From: the human T2T-CHM13v2.0 reference genome, Homo sapiens | Assembly (NCBI RefSeq): GCF_009914755.1 | Contig: NC_060932.1 | DNA length: 64,000 bases | Reading direction: 5' to 3' (one strand) | Shown here: positions 42,605 through 57,068 of the stretch, one piece after another | Position numbering within the stretch: the first letter of the stretch is position 1 | How the letters are laid out: each line of letters begins with the position of its first letter | Notes under the pieces: generated by a model | The model's database searches: none | What the model saw: only the letters and a program-made list of their open reading frames with translations | What the model was told of the DNA's origin: nothing | Position numbers and translations under genes: made by a program

Positions 42605-43478
42605 TTAACATTTCCATAAGTTTAAATTGGGAAAAATTGGCATCTCACTCAACATTTTTTCCTTTCAAGAATATTGTATATCTTTCCCTTACTCAGTTTG
42701 TTTCCTCTGGTATGGACTGGGAACTCTCATTTATACCAAATTATTTGTTAGGAAGATTATTTATGCAGTTCAAATGTTCCTTAAAATAATAAAAACCCTC
42801 ATCAAAACAAAGACTCCTTTTAAGATTCCATCAGTGGTCATTTATTTCAAGCAATTTTAAACAATGTGTCCAAGTTCCACTATGGGAAAATATTTTGCTC
42901 AGATTCTGCAATAAAAGTTTCTTTCCATATTTAAAAATACTTATACAAAAAATACAAAAAAAAGAAAAAGAACAAAAACAAAAAAATAAAAATACACAAG
43001 TAAAATTTCATTATGAAAAATTTCATGAAATACTTTTAAAAAAATATTTTGGTTTAAATTAATGTATCCCTAGAGATCACATTCTCTGTGAATCTTGAGG
43101 TAAAAATCCTATTTATGTGCAGCTGAGCCCAATGAGGTAACCAGGAGGTGTTTTGAACTCAGAGTATTTATGCCTTTCACTCCTAGGCCTTATTTTTCCC
43201 AGGATATGATTTTGTGTCTTATTGTTTGGCTCATTGTTTGATGGGTTTAAGTGGTTTGGAGTTTGGCTTTGGGAACGTTTAATTGTTTTAATTGCTTAAA
43301 TTCGATAAAACACTCAGCTAAACCATTCTCAGCCTGCAGTCTGGCAAATACCCCATCTTCATTTTAGTGGCTCTTACATGAATCAAGACAAGGAAAGCAT
43401 GTTCACAAATTTGTTTGTTGCATAAACGTTTTGTAATATGTCAGGAAGTTTGTCTTTGCCTAGCAGAAGAGTCCAGGT

Positions 43479-43760
43479 ATAATAATAATAATAATAGAAG
43501 AAGAAGAAGGAAAGGAAGAGAGAAAGAAAGAAAGAAAGAAAAAGAAAGAAAGAAAGAAGAAAGGAAGAAAGGAAAGGAAGGAAGGAAGGAAGGGAGAGAG
43601 AGGAAGGAAGGAAAGAAAGAAAGAAAAGAAAAGAGGGAAAGAAGAGGAGGAGGGAGGGGGGAAGAGGGAAGAGGGGGAAGGGAAAGAGGAAGGAGAAGGG
43701 GGAGGAAGGGAAAGAGGGAGGAGGAGGGAAGAAGGAGAAGAAGGAAAGAAGGAGAAGAAG
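43479..43760 (+). repeat. (AAT)n followed by a 265-nt uninterrupted purine tract (GAAA/GGAA/GGGA)
   Basis: 43496-43760 contains only A and G. Confidence 0.95.
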
Positions 43761-43945
43761 TTTCTCTTAGGAGAGGCCATATCTCTAAACATGGAAGTAG
43801 CTTTATTGGGAGACCCCTTCATGGTGTGACTCTTTGAGGTGTGGGATTTTACCTGTTTGGGAAAATGAAGACTGGAAATCCCTGGTTTTCCTATGCTAGC
43901 TTTATTGATTGGTTTGCCATTCTTGTGATTTTTCCTTCTTGCCAG

Positions 43946-44068
43946 AGATAGACTACTGTGCCTCATCTAATCACGGATGTCAGCACGAGTGTGTTAACAC
44001 AGATGATTCCTATTCCTGCCACTGCCTGAAAGGCTTTACCCTGAATCCAGATAAGAAAACCTGCAGAA
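43946..44068 (+). CDS. MATN2: MATN2 coding exon, EGF-like domain 4
   Basis: ttccttcttgccag|AG ATA GAC...AGA A|gtaagt; 123 bp; (K)[40 protein letters not shown]. Confidence 0.97.
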
Positions 44069-47000
44069 GTAAGTTACAGTGGGAGTTGGAGAAGGGCTTG
44101 TTCTGCTAAATGCTCCTCTAGTTAGTTTTCCTTTCCGTGCAAATCTTAAGCAAGATGTGCTTGTATTCAGCATTGTGTCTATTAACATTATTCTCCCCTT
44201 TATTTTACTTTTTGGCTCACTAGATCCTATTATGTGGATGATTTTTAAATATTGAATAGGTCTGGCCATTAGATTCAATTAGCCAAGTGGACCCAAGCTG
44301 AAGCTCCCACCTATGTGAAATGCAGGTGCAGTCTCCCTCCCCCTTATTCCCATAGCATTGGGGTCTTGGAAAAAGAAAAGAATGGGCCCAGAGATGAGAG
44401 GTAGAAGGAGTTGGTTTCTTCTACTCCTACAAGATAAGACACTTGACGGATGCTAAGAGGGAGGACATTGCAGCTTTATTCCCTTTGATAGGAAAGAAGA
44501 AGAAAAATGAGACTCTAGGACATCCCAGCAATATTCAAGGGGTACAGGGTGTCAGCGGGTTGATATTGTGGATGTACTGAGTGCCTCAAATGCCTGTCAT
44601 CTAGCACATCAAAGGGCATGATTGGGGATCTGAGCACAGGCCCCAGAGGGCACCTGCTTAAGACAAACCATTCCTGAGAGACTGCTAGAATGGACGGCCC
44701 ACAAGGACAGAGACGATTATCTTTTTCTCGCTGCTGAATTCTCAAAAGCTCAAAGAGTGCTTGGCACTCATAGATGTGCACAATGTTTGCTGAATGGGAA
44801 TGAGTAAGTGAATCTTTCTATGATGTATCATCCTGGAGAAATTGAAGCTATTTTTTTTTTAATTCTTCAATCTTGTTAGAAAGATAGCCTTTTTTAGGCG
44901 TGCAAGTTGTGAATTTTTTTTCAGAAAGTCTTTCCCTAGTTAGTCCACACTTATGCACACTGAATTGTTTGGGGTCTGCTGACAATGTCATTCGTAGAAC
45001 TCTCTGGAGCTTCCATTGAGGGATGTAATTTTCTGTATGTTCCTTCACCCATTTCTTCCTGATGGTGTGTACAGCAGTGTTCTGCCTGGCAAGACTGCGT
45101 TTTGAAAGGTTTCACATATATCTTTTTTGAAAAGCACCATGAGCTATTTAACTGAATCCAGATGAGTCACATTCTGCTCATAGCACAGATTAACTTTCAT
45201 ACTCATTCTAGCAAGTGCTAAACTGTGTATAGTGGCAGATGGTTGCAAATCCTGGATTTTGAAACGGAGCCTGTCTTATAAAACTATTCTCACTGCCTTG
45301 TGAGGGTACAAACCCTGCACACATTCAAGCATTAAATGAAAATTTTAATGGAGAGCATTCAGAATGTGAAAACAATTAGATAAGCTATTTTTCATAAGAC
45401 CACACATGCCTGCAATAGGTCAGAGGGCCAACTTTTCTGGTCTGGCCACTCCTCTGTGCTATTTACACCTTTTGCTAGGAGTGGGTGTGTGAGGGACTGG
45501 CTGCACCCAGGGGAAATCACTCCCAGGTGGACTCAAATTTGCAGACCCAAAGCTCTTCAGTGGGCGGTGATTAGATCTGGTTCAGCTCAGATGCTCATTG
45601 CAAGCTTCCTCATGTGTTACTAATGGAGGGGAAAAAGGAAACAAGTTAGGCTTGGGGCCATGGGCGGAGGACATTTTCTTGACGTTCTGCATGTCTTACC
45701 AACCATCTGAGTCCCTTAATTTCTGCTACTCCCTCCACACCCTTCCTGGAGAGGCACTTGGAATAAGAGAAGATCCAATGCAATGCAGGCATCATTATCA
45801 TGGGAAGGAGAAGACTGAGAAAGGAAGAGCGAGTAGAGAGGGAGTGACCGTTTTGGAGTGGTCTGAGCGCTACAGATTGGTCCCCAGGTGGGCCTGTTTG
45901 CAAGCAAGCTGTGGCCCCGACCAGAGTCCCTAATGCTCATCCATGTATATTCAGTGGGTATAGCACCTCTTTAGCCAGGGTTCTTACTTTTTCATCCAAG
46001 AAAAATGAAATTTGTTCCTAAAGGCCAGTGTCCTCATCAGCCCTCGCCCAACGTCCCGCCTCATCGTTACATTTTCCATTGTCTTTGCTGTGAACCCAAC
46101 CCTGACTCCTGAGGTCAGCCTGCAGGAGCGGCCCCTGACTTCATGCTTGCACTCAGTCCATTAGGGCAGACAGCTGTAAACGGAAGCGAGTGCTCACTGT
46201 CTCTCTGGAGCATTATGTGGATGAAGGAAGCCAAGAAATTGGGTTTAAAAATCTGGAGTCCGTTATTAGAAGCCTGAGGTCTCTTGAGTGATCTGAGCAT
46301 TACAAATCTTCAGCCCAGGATACAGCCATTTACGTTTAATAGGAGGTTGATGGATGTGGGTAATTTTCAAATCTAATATGAAATCTATTTTTAAAGGAAT
46401 TTGATGTCATCGAAATTAAACTGGGGGAGAAAAGATCAAGGCAGAATCCTACTGAAGAAAAGATTCTTGGCCAGGATTTGTTCTTGCTCCTCATCTGGGC
46501 ACAATTTCTCCTCATGGAGAGTGCTATCATCAGTTTAAGGCATGAATTATTAAGGCAGTAGTGCAAAGCACAGAAACTGCGACTGCCTTGCCTGCCCAGG
46601 TAGAGCCCTAGGGCCAAATCAGATGTGGGTTCATCCCCTGTGCTGGGCTCCAGGATCCCTGATTCTGGTACCATGATGAGTGCTCTCAAAAATTGGTGTG
46701 AAGCCCACGGGTTCGACTGAGCCAAGAGACGTGACGTCCAGGCTTGGCAATGTCACTCATATTGGTTATGTGACCCTGAGCAGCTACTTTCTACTTCTCA
46801 GGACCTGGATTTCCTAAACTGTAGGAACAGGACTTCCTGCCTTAACACCCTGTTGCCTCTCCAGTTTTTTTGAAACTTACTATCTGTGCACTCAGCTGGT
46901 ATCAAAATGTACTACCTGGGGTCACTGATCTTTCATGGTTTCAGTCTTACCTGCTCAGGGCTCCAACTCTTTCACAAGTTAGCACTCAGAAAGATCGTTT

Positions 47001-47252
47001 GATTTGTTTTCTGACAGTCCTGTCATCTGACCTCACAGAGCTTTAGTGGACACTCTGGGCCTTACCAGATTAAGTTGTGTCCATCCTGTGGGTGCCATGT
47101 CAGAGCACCTATCATGGTACCAGATACAGGATGCACAGTAGGTCCTCAATAAATATTTAGTGAATGAATAAGTGAGTGAGTGAATATCTGAGAAGCACAC
47201 ACATGAGGAAATATGACAAAAGGGTGGTGAGAAGGCAAAGAGCCACTGTTAA

Positions 47253-47603
<351 letters not shown>

Positions 47604-47704
47604 TAGCTGCCTGCCAGATTGCTGGGTGATAACCTCTTTAAGAATCTAAATGGTTTTCAGTTGAATTATCTCATGTGTAAATCATTCTTTAAAAAAAAAA
47701 TCTT

Positions 47705-48016
<312 letters not shown>

Positions 48017-48065
48017 TTATTTACTAATTTATTTTAATTTTTTAAAAATGTTTTTCTTTTTATAT

Positions 48066-48095
48066 TTTTATTGTATGTGCTGCTGAAGCGAGAGC
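48066..48095 (-). pseudogene. U6 snRNA 5'-end retrocopy fragment
   Basis: Reverse complement ctcgcttcagcagcacatacaataaaa vs U6 nt 4-30 CTCGCTTCGGCAGCACATATACTAAAA: 24/27 identical. Confidence 0.75.
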
Positions 48096-48189
48096 TTCAG
48101 CATATTTTTTTATATTTTTAAAATTTTTAAAATTTTTTTTTATATTTTTAAAATTGTTACAACATAGTTGTACCTCTTTTTGGTATTTA

Positions 48190-48850
48190 TTTTTTAAAAT
48201 TGACATAAAAATTGTATACTTGTATACAATATGTTGTTTTGCAATACGTAAATATAAATTTTTCTTAAAGACAACATTGGCTTTTTTAGTGTGGCAAAAT
48301 ATATATAACATAAAATGTACCATTTTAACCATTTTTAAGTATCTAGTCCAGTGGTATTAAGCACATTCACATTGTTGTGCAACCATCACCACCTTCAATC
48401 TCCAGAACTTCTTCACCCCAAACTGAGACTCTATACCCATTAAACAATAATTCCCCAGCTCCTCCTCCTCCATCTCCTGGCAGCCACCAATCTACTTTTT
48501 GTCTATGAATTTGACTATTCTAGGTGCCTCATATAAGTGGAATCATAGAATATTTGTCCTTTTGTAACCAGCTTATATTGCTTGGCATAATGTCTTCAAG
48601 GTTCATTCAGTTGTAGGACGTGTCAGAATTTCCTTCCTTTTTAAGGCTGAATAATATTCCATTGTATCTATACATCATCCTTTGTACTCATCCTTTGATA
48701 GATCCCTGGGTTGCTTCCACCTTTTGACTTTTATTTATTAATGCAGCTATGAACTTGGGTGTGTATACCCAGAAATGGAATTGCTGGATCATATGGTTAA
48801 TTCTATATTTAATTTTTTGAGGAACCGCCATGCTGTTTTCCACAGTGGCT
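48190..48850 (-). mobile_element. L1MB-type 3' end
   Basis: gtggtattaagcacattcacattgttgtgcaaccatcaccacc...tttttgaggaaccgccatgctgttttccacagtggctg. Confidence 0.88.
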
Positions 48851-49316
48851 GAATGCTGGGTTTTAAAAAGAGAGTTGACTAAAGATCATTTCACCTTTCC
48901 CTGATGGTGTAATGGAGTGATTCCTATAGGCAGTAGACTGCGGGCCCTTCCTGTTCTGTGTTTGTCTGTCTGTCTGTGACTGGTGTTTTATTGCCAGGCC
49001 TATTTTCCTCCATCAAAGCTCTTGGCTTGTTTCCTGGCACTCAGTTATGGCCTGCACAGGTGAGGCTGCTGATGAGTTTCAGGTAGATGAATAGAAACTG
49101 CACACAGCTAACAATATCCTGCCTCTCCTCACATGGGAGTGAGCTCCAGAGAGAGTGCCAAGGGTCAGTGACACAGCAAGGTGATGTCTTTTCTTCTACA
49201 CCAGCCCTGCATGTTGTGACCTTCTCTCCATGCACTCTGTCTGCAGCCATTCTGCTCATACTCTGGGCATGAAGCAAGCTCCAGCCACCAGTCACCTGGG
49301 AGGGCACGTCACGGAT

Positions 49317-50096
<780 letters not shown>

Positions 50097-50604
50097 TCAC
50101 ACATATCTTGCAGGGTCAAATGAAGTTATGTTTGTAAAGTGGTTGGCACAGCATCTGGCATTCAGCAGGTATTTAAGAAATGGCAGCAGCTATGATGCTA
50201 TGATTATCATCACTAATGTAACTATCAGACTGCCACTAATAGTGAGAAAAATAAAGATGGCATGGTCCCTGCTCGTGGAACTCAGTCTAGTGAAAGAAAC
50301 AGACTTTGAAGCATCACAGATACAAAACATACTACATAACCATTGTGATGAATGCTACGAAAGAGAGGTCCTGTAGAAAGAACTGACTTCATCTACGAGG
50401 TCACAAAAGATGACAAAATGATGTTGAGCTGATCGTGAAGGAAGATAGAGGTTAGCCAGTGCAGCAAGGAGCCACTGAGACAAGAGGGTGATGTGTCATA
50501 TCTTTAAGTGATTTGTGGATGTGAGCTTCGTCAAATAACTTTTGGGCAGATACATGGTAAAAATAAAATCTAGTCATTACTTTATGATTTCAGATCATTT
50601 CCCC

Positions 50605-51457
<853 letters not shown>

Positions 51458-52525
51458 TCCCCAGAAAAAGAACAATGCTGTGCAGTTAAACTGATCCAGC
51501 CCAGCCAATGAGGTCGGTGGTGACCTTTTCCCGCGACACCAGTCTCATAAAGCCTCTCCACAAGCTCATTTTGTGTCCTTTTCCAGTTCTCTATCTTCCC
51601 TGGAGCCTGCTATGTGTGGGGTCTTATGGCTTTAGCATTTTCTACCAGGAAAGGAATTGCTTATTGGCTCCTGGTTATGACACAGTTTCCATCTGCTGGC
51701 AGAAACACAGCATGGATAGAGTGACCTTACCATAGGACAGAATTGCAGTAGCCTGGGGCAGCATCAGAGATACGCCTCCTCCAGTCCCATGATACTATGC
51801 CAGCGTGGTCTCAACAGAGCAAGGCGAAGCATTTAGATCCTTCTTCATGAAACTGCCAACCCCTGCATCCCTAAATAGCTGGATATTTTGCAAGATCACC
51901 TTTTGTTTATTTTGCCTTGTGCCGTCCAATGTCACTGTCAGATGTCACTGTAGACAGAAGCTCTCTACATGCTTTGAGCCCAAGTGATCAGGTTAACCTG
52001 AGAGAGATACTGGATTTTCTTAGCTTTTCCATCTTTCTTGGAAGGAGGTAGGCTGGGGAGCGTGGCTCTCACCCCAGCTCTCAGCTCTTTGGCCACTGAC
52101 TCAGTTCAGCTCAGCTCAACTGAGCCTTGGCTTGCTCTTTGGCCATCAAAGAGGGAAAATGCTGGAGAATCCACAGGTATACTTCAGGTGCCAGGCCCTC
52201 TTTTAAACAAGCTCCTGGAGAGCAGGAGCTATTTTCTCTGTGTCCTGTAGCTCACCTTGTTTCCTGAAGATTTAGTGAAGTTTGCCTGCCTTTCCACCTC
52301 TACTGCAAAGTCTTCTTCAAGACATAACCCTGGCCTTGTCACCTCCACCAACATTCTCACCTCTAGTCACCTGTTTAGAGCCTTCACTGATCCATCCTGG
52401 GGCTTGCAAAGCCCGCACGTCCAGTCATGCTCAGGTGGGCCAGCTCCCTCTGCCTCCCAGCCTCATCTCTCTCCTCACACTCCAGCCATACTCAGCTCCT
52501 CACAGCTCCCCAGGCATGCCCCTCG

Positions 52526-52711
52526 CCCTCATCCCCAGGCATTTGTGTTCACTGTCCCCTCATCCCTGGGCGTTTGTGTTCACTGTCCCCTCATCCCCGG
52601 GCATTTGTGTTCACTGTCCCCTCATCCCCAGGCATTTGTGTTCACTGTTCCCTCATCCCCAAGCACTTGTGTTTTTTGTCTCCTCACCCTCAGGTGTTTG
52701 CGTTTGCTGTC
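52526..52711. repeat. 31-bp minisatellite, 6 copies, within an L2 remnant
   Basis: Unit ccctcatccccaggcatttgtgttcactgtc; copies 1-4 near-identical, 5-6 diverged. Confidence 0.93.
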
Positions 52712-53128
52712 CTCGAGTCCTCATGTTCTTCTTCCTGTTGAGCTCCCTTACCTATGGAACTCCTCCTCCTCCCTGGGGCCTCCTGTTGGCCTTATCTCTT
52801 CTTGGAAGACCCTCTCACCCCAGGACTCAGTGAGGCCCCTGCTCTGTGCTCTGCATTGTCTTTTAGTTGCTGTCCTTGTCTGACTCCTCACCAGAGCCTG
52901 AACCCATTGAGGCAGGGCCTCCATCTCAGTCGTCATTAAATCTCTGAATCTAGCTCAAGGCCTGGCACTTGGCTGGCAGACAAACGAATGAATGATCCGT
53001 CCCGGCTTGCCTCAGCAGGCAGCACCCACCAGCCCTCTCCATGGGGGCTCATGGGAGCCCCGAGGGGCTGCCATCAGCCCTGGGAGAGGTCCAGAGTCTG
53101 AAGGAAGGTCTGCCCTTCTTCCCCTCAG

Positions 53129-53251
53129 GGATCAACTACTGTGCACTGAACAAACCGGGCTGTGAGCATGAGTGCGTCAACATGGAGGAGAGCTACTACT
53201 GCCGCTGCCACCGTGGCTACACTCTGGACCCCAATGGCAAAACCTGCAGCC
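53129..53251 (+). CDS. MATN2: MATN2 coding exon, EGF-like domain 5
   Basis: cttcttcccctcag|GG ATC AAC...AGC C|gtgagt; 123 bp; (R)[40 protein letters not shown]. Confidence 0.97.
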
Positions 53252-53474
53252 GTGAGTGTACCCTAGGGGTGGGGTGCTGATGGAAGGTGGGGTCCACTCA
53301 TGGGGGCGGGCGGGTTCACTAGCAACCAGTTGTTTCTGGAGCCCACCGGGTTTCCTGATGGTCTGTCAGGTGTATCCTTCCTTATCCTCAGTTTCATCAC
53401 CCATAGAATGTGACTATTAATACTATCGGCCTAGCCAACTTGGGTTGCAAGGATTAAAAGAATTAATAGGAATA

Positions 53475-53769
53475 GGCTGGGCGCGGTGGCTCACGCCTGT
53501 AATCCCAGCACAGGGAGGCCAAGGCGGGCAGATCACCTGAGGTCAGGAGTTCAAGACCAGCCTGGCCAACATGGTGAAATCCTATCTCTACTAAAAATAC
53601 AAAAAATTAGCTGGGTGTGGTGGTGGGTGCCTATAATCCCAGCTACTCAGGAGGCTGAAGCAGGAGAATTACTCGAACCTAGGAGGCAGAGGTGCAGTGA
53701 GCTGAGATTGCGCCATTGCACTCCAACCTGGGCGACAAAGCAAAACTTCATCTCAAAAAAAAAAAAAAA
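53475..53769 (+). mobile_element. AluS within MIR
   Basis: Full dimer; MIR motifs (cctcagtttcatcac, cactcaataaatgttaact) on either side. Confidence 0.9.
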
Positions 53770-56238
53770 GAATAGGAGTAAAATACTTAGAACAGCACTG
53801 CTAGGCATAAGCACTCAATAAATGTTAACTAATATTAGTATTTGCTGTTAAGTGTATTTACTAGGTCAGACAGGTCTAATTTCAAATCCAACCTCTCCCA
53901 CCTACTAGATGTGTGTGAACTTGGGCAAGTTATTTAACTTCTCCATGCTTTGATTTCCCATCTATGACAAAAAGCAAAACTAATAGTCGTATTATTCCCA
54001 CAGGGTTTTTATAGGGAGAAATAGGAGCCATTTTGATATGTTAGCCTGGTGCCTGGCACAGGGTAAACTTCCAATCAAGGGGAACTGTTCCTATCATGGA
54101 GCCTGTGAGAGGGGCCAGTGCCTGGCGCCAGACTGGGACAAGAGGCCGGAGGGGACAGACCTTGGAAAGCAATGGGCTGCAGAGGCTGATCTGAGAGCAG
54201 AATCAAGAAACATGGGATTTTCTGAGAAGGCTTGTCTTAATTTTCTTGTGTCAGAGCCACAACAAAGCTCCACTGGGTGATGTAAATGTATGGGAACTTG
54301 CAAGCTCTGCCAGCTGGGCGGCTCCATGGTTTTTTATGAGGCACCATCTCCACAGGTCCTGGCCAGCAGGATAGGAGCGCCTGAGTGTGGTGATGGACCC
54401 TATGCCCTTGGCATGCGGGAGAGGGGGCCCATCTCCATGACATGGCCTATGCAGAAGGGGCCCTTTATGTGCCTTTCCACTCAGCAAGCCCCACATCTGC
54501 TCCCTTTGGAGAAAGAGATAGATTGTGAGTGAGGACAGTGCAGCTGTTGAGCCCTGGGCTCCACGCTGCCAGCAGGGAAGTTTCCCAGATGAAATAAGAG
54601 GTCCAGGGCAGTCCTCAGGAAAGCGTGGCTCCTCTAGTGTCCAGAGAGAACAAAGTGCCCGGTAAAGGCTTTCTAAGGACTGATCTCAGAGGCCAAAGGG
54701 CTTTTGAACTGGAAAGTGGTGCCAAAGTCAGTGCCTGCTGTACGTTGCCTCTGCATGTCTCTGAGTCCTTTTGAGAGGCCAGCGGGAAGCGGGTCTCCCA
54801 TTCAACAGGAGATGCCCTGGTGACCATGGATCTGTGTGTATCCTGCCTGTTTCCCGGAGTGTCAGGTCTGCCAGCTGATGGCCCTGGCAATTTTCCCAGG
54901 GCAGGTGGTCCTGACCTGGCTGAGCCCACGCAGATCACCAGGGACATGGCTTGACTGCCCCTCCCAGCATGCTTCCGGGGGCCAGAAGAGCTCTAAGAAC
55001 GGACCACAAGAGATCGGGACCCTCCCTTCTCTCTGGGATCTAGTCAACTCTAAGAAAGTACAAACCAAGCTGTTTCTGTCTCGCAGTCCTTAGAGAAAGC
55101 CACAGGCTTCTGCTTTCTCAGAGGAATCAGGGAGCCCAGGCCATAAAGACAGCAAGCAATTCTGAGGCGCTCACTCTGTGCAGGCAATGCCCTGAGCACT
55201 TCCCATGCATAAACTCCCTGCATCCTCACAGCCGCCCTACTGGGCACCCACATTCTTGTCGCTATTTAAACAAGGGCAAACTGTGACACAAAGGGATTAA
55301 GTCACTGTCCTGGGGTCCTGTGATTAACAAATGGCAACACTAGGATGTGAACACAGGCATGTAGCTCCCAAGATCCAGCAAGTGTTCGCAGGAGATGCAT
55401 CCACCAGTGGAATGTTCTGGAAGGCACTGGTCCCAGACTCTGCGGGAGTCAAGAGGCCCACTTGGCAGACCTGCACCAGGCCTCCAGTGTCTGTCCAGTC
55501 TCTGGAGGTGCATTTTCTCCATAAGGGAAACCTGGGAAGCAGCCTGCAGGGCTGTTAGTGGGAGCTGTTCACCACAGCTGTGTGTTCATTAGCCTTCGGC
55601 ACTTGCTGCCCGGAGGACCAGCTGTGCAGCATTCGGATGCCAGGATAGGCCACACATGCAGTCCCAGGCTTTGGTTTGTTTTTTAATCTGGATGTCCTGA
55701 TAATGGGGGTAAAAAAAATAGAAATTGATTTCATGGAGAATGACAACTCTTTTTCATTTTCAATTAGAAATGAAACTATATGACTAATTCTTACTCAGCA
55801 CTACTTGATAATAATAGTGTGTTCATTAAGTGGTTGCTGTATGCTAGCTACTGTTCTGAGCGCTTTACATAATCAACCCCTCTTATTCTCACCCTATTCC
55901 TATAAGAAAGCAACCATCAACATCCACATTCACAAATCAGGAAACGATGGCAAAGAGGCCGTGGGACTGCCCAGCATCCATAGCTAGGAAGTGGCAGAGG
56001 TGTGATTTGAACCCAGGTAGTTTGATGCCAGAACCTGCATTCTAAGCACTACTCTATTAGCTGTGTGGCTTTGATCTTGACCTTCCTGAGCCTCACTTTC
56101 CTCTCTGTGAAATGGGAATTGCACCTGCTCTCAGAGGTGCCCTGAGACTGTGGATTCTGTGCGCCATGGCCCTGGCAGAGTGCTGCTGTCGTCAACACCA
56201 GGGACAGCATTCCCCAGCCATTGGAGTTGTATGCTTTA

Positions 56239-56481
<243 letters not shown>

Positions 56482-56571
56482 TTATGCCTCCGGTTTTGTT
56501 TTTGAATCTTGGTTGCTGGTGGGGTATTGCCCCCTCGGCTCCTCTATGCTTTCGCGTGTGTGAAAATGCAG

Positions 56572-56694
56572 GAGTGGACCACTGTGCACAGCAGGACCAT
56601 GGCTGTGAGCAGCTGTGTCTGAACACGGAGGATTCCTTCGTCTGCCAGTGCTCAGAAGGCTTCCTCATCAACGAGGACCTCAAGACCTGCTCCC
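56572..56694 (+). CDS. MATN2: MATN2 coding exon, EGF-like domain 6
   Basis: gaaaatgcag|GA GTG GAC...TCC C|gtgagt; 123 bp; (R)[40 protein letters not shown]. Confidence 0.96.
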
Positions 56695-56945
56695 GTGAGT
56701 CCCTCCGCGCTCCTCTCATAGGGGAAGGTTTGCACCAGGAGTGAAACCTATGTGACTGCAGAGGGCACAGGTTGTACTTGGGCACCCCTCCCCTGCCCCT
56801 TGCTCTGCTCCAGGAGATAGTGAGGATGTCCACTGGGACTGCATGCCTTCGAGGGAGGGCGGGGTGAGCATGACGGTCACTTGATCCAATCACTGTCGCC
56901 CAGAGGTCTCACTGATAAAGGGCTGCCTGGCTTTTGGTTTTGCAG

Positions 56946-57068
56946 GGGTGGATTACTGCCTGCTGAGTGACCATGGTTGTGAATACTCCTGTGTCAACAT
57001 GGACAGATCCTTTGCCTGTCAGTGTCCTGAGGGACACGTGCTCCGCAGCGATGGGAAGACGTGTGCAA
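56946..57068 (+). CDS. MATN2: MATN2 coding exon, EGF-like domain 7
   Basis: ttttggttttgcag|GG GTG GAT...GCA A|gtaagt; 123 bp; (R)[40 protein letters not shown]. Confidence 0.97.

Noticed and set aside
43415-43966. 140-aa K/R/E-rich ORF (+) and 168-aa S/F/P-rich ORF (-)
   Set aside because: Stop-free only because of the homopurine tract; no domain or splice support.
52526-52711. CRISPR-like array of ~31-bp repeats
   Set aside because: Units are contiguous with no spacers, no cas genes, and the context is primate intron.
52257-52883. Overlapping 208/183/104-aa ORFs with internal repeats
   Set aside because: Translation of the 31-bp minisatellite and L2 sequence; open in several frames as expected for a pyrimidine-rich repeat.
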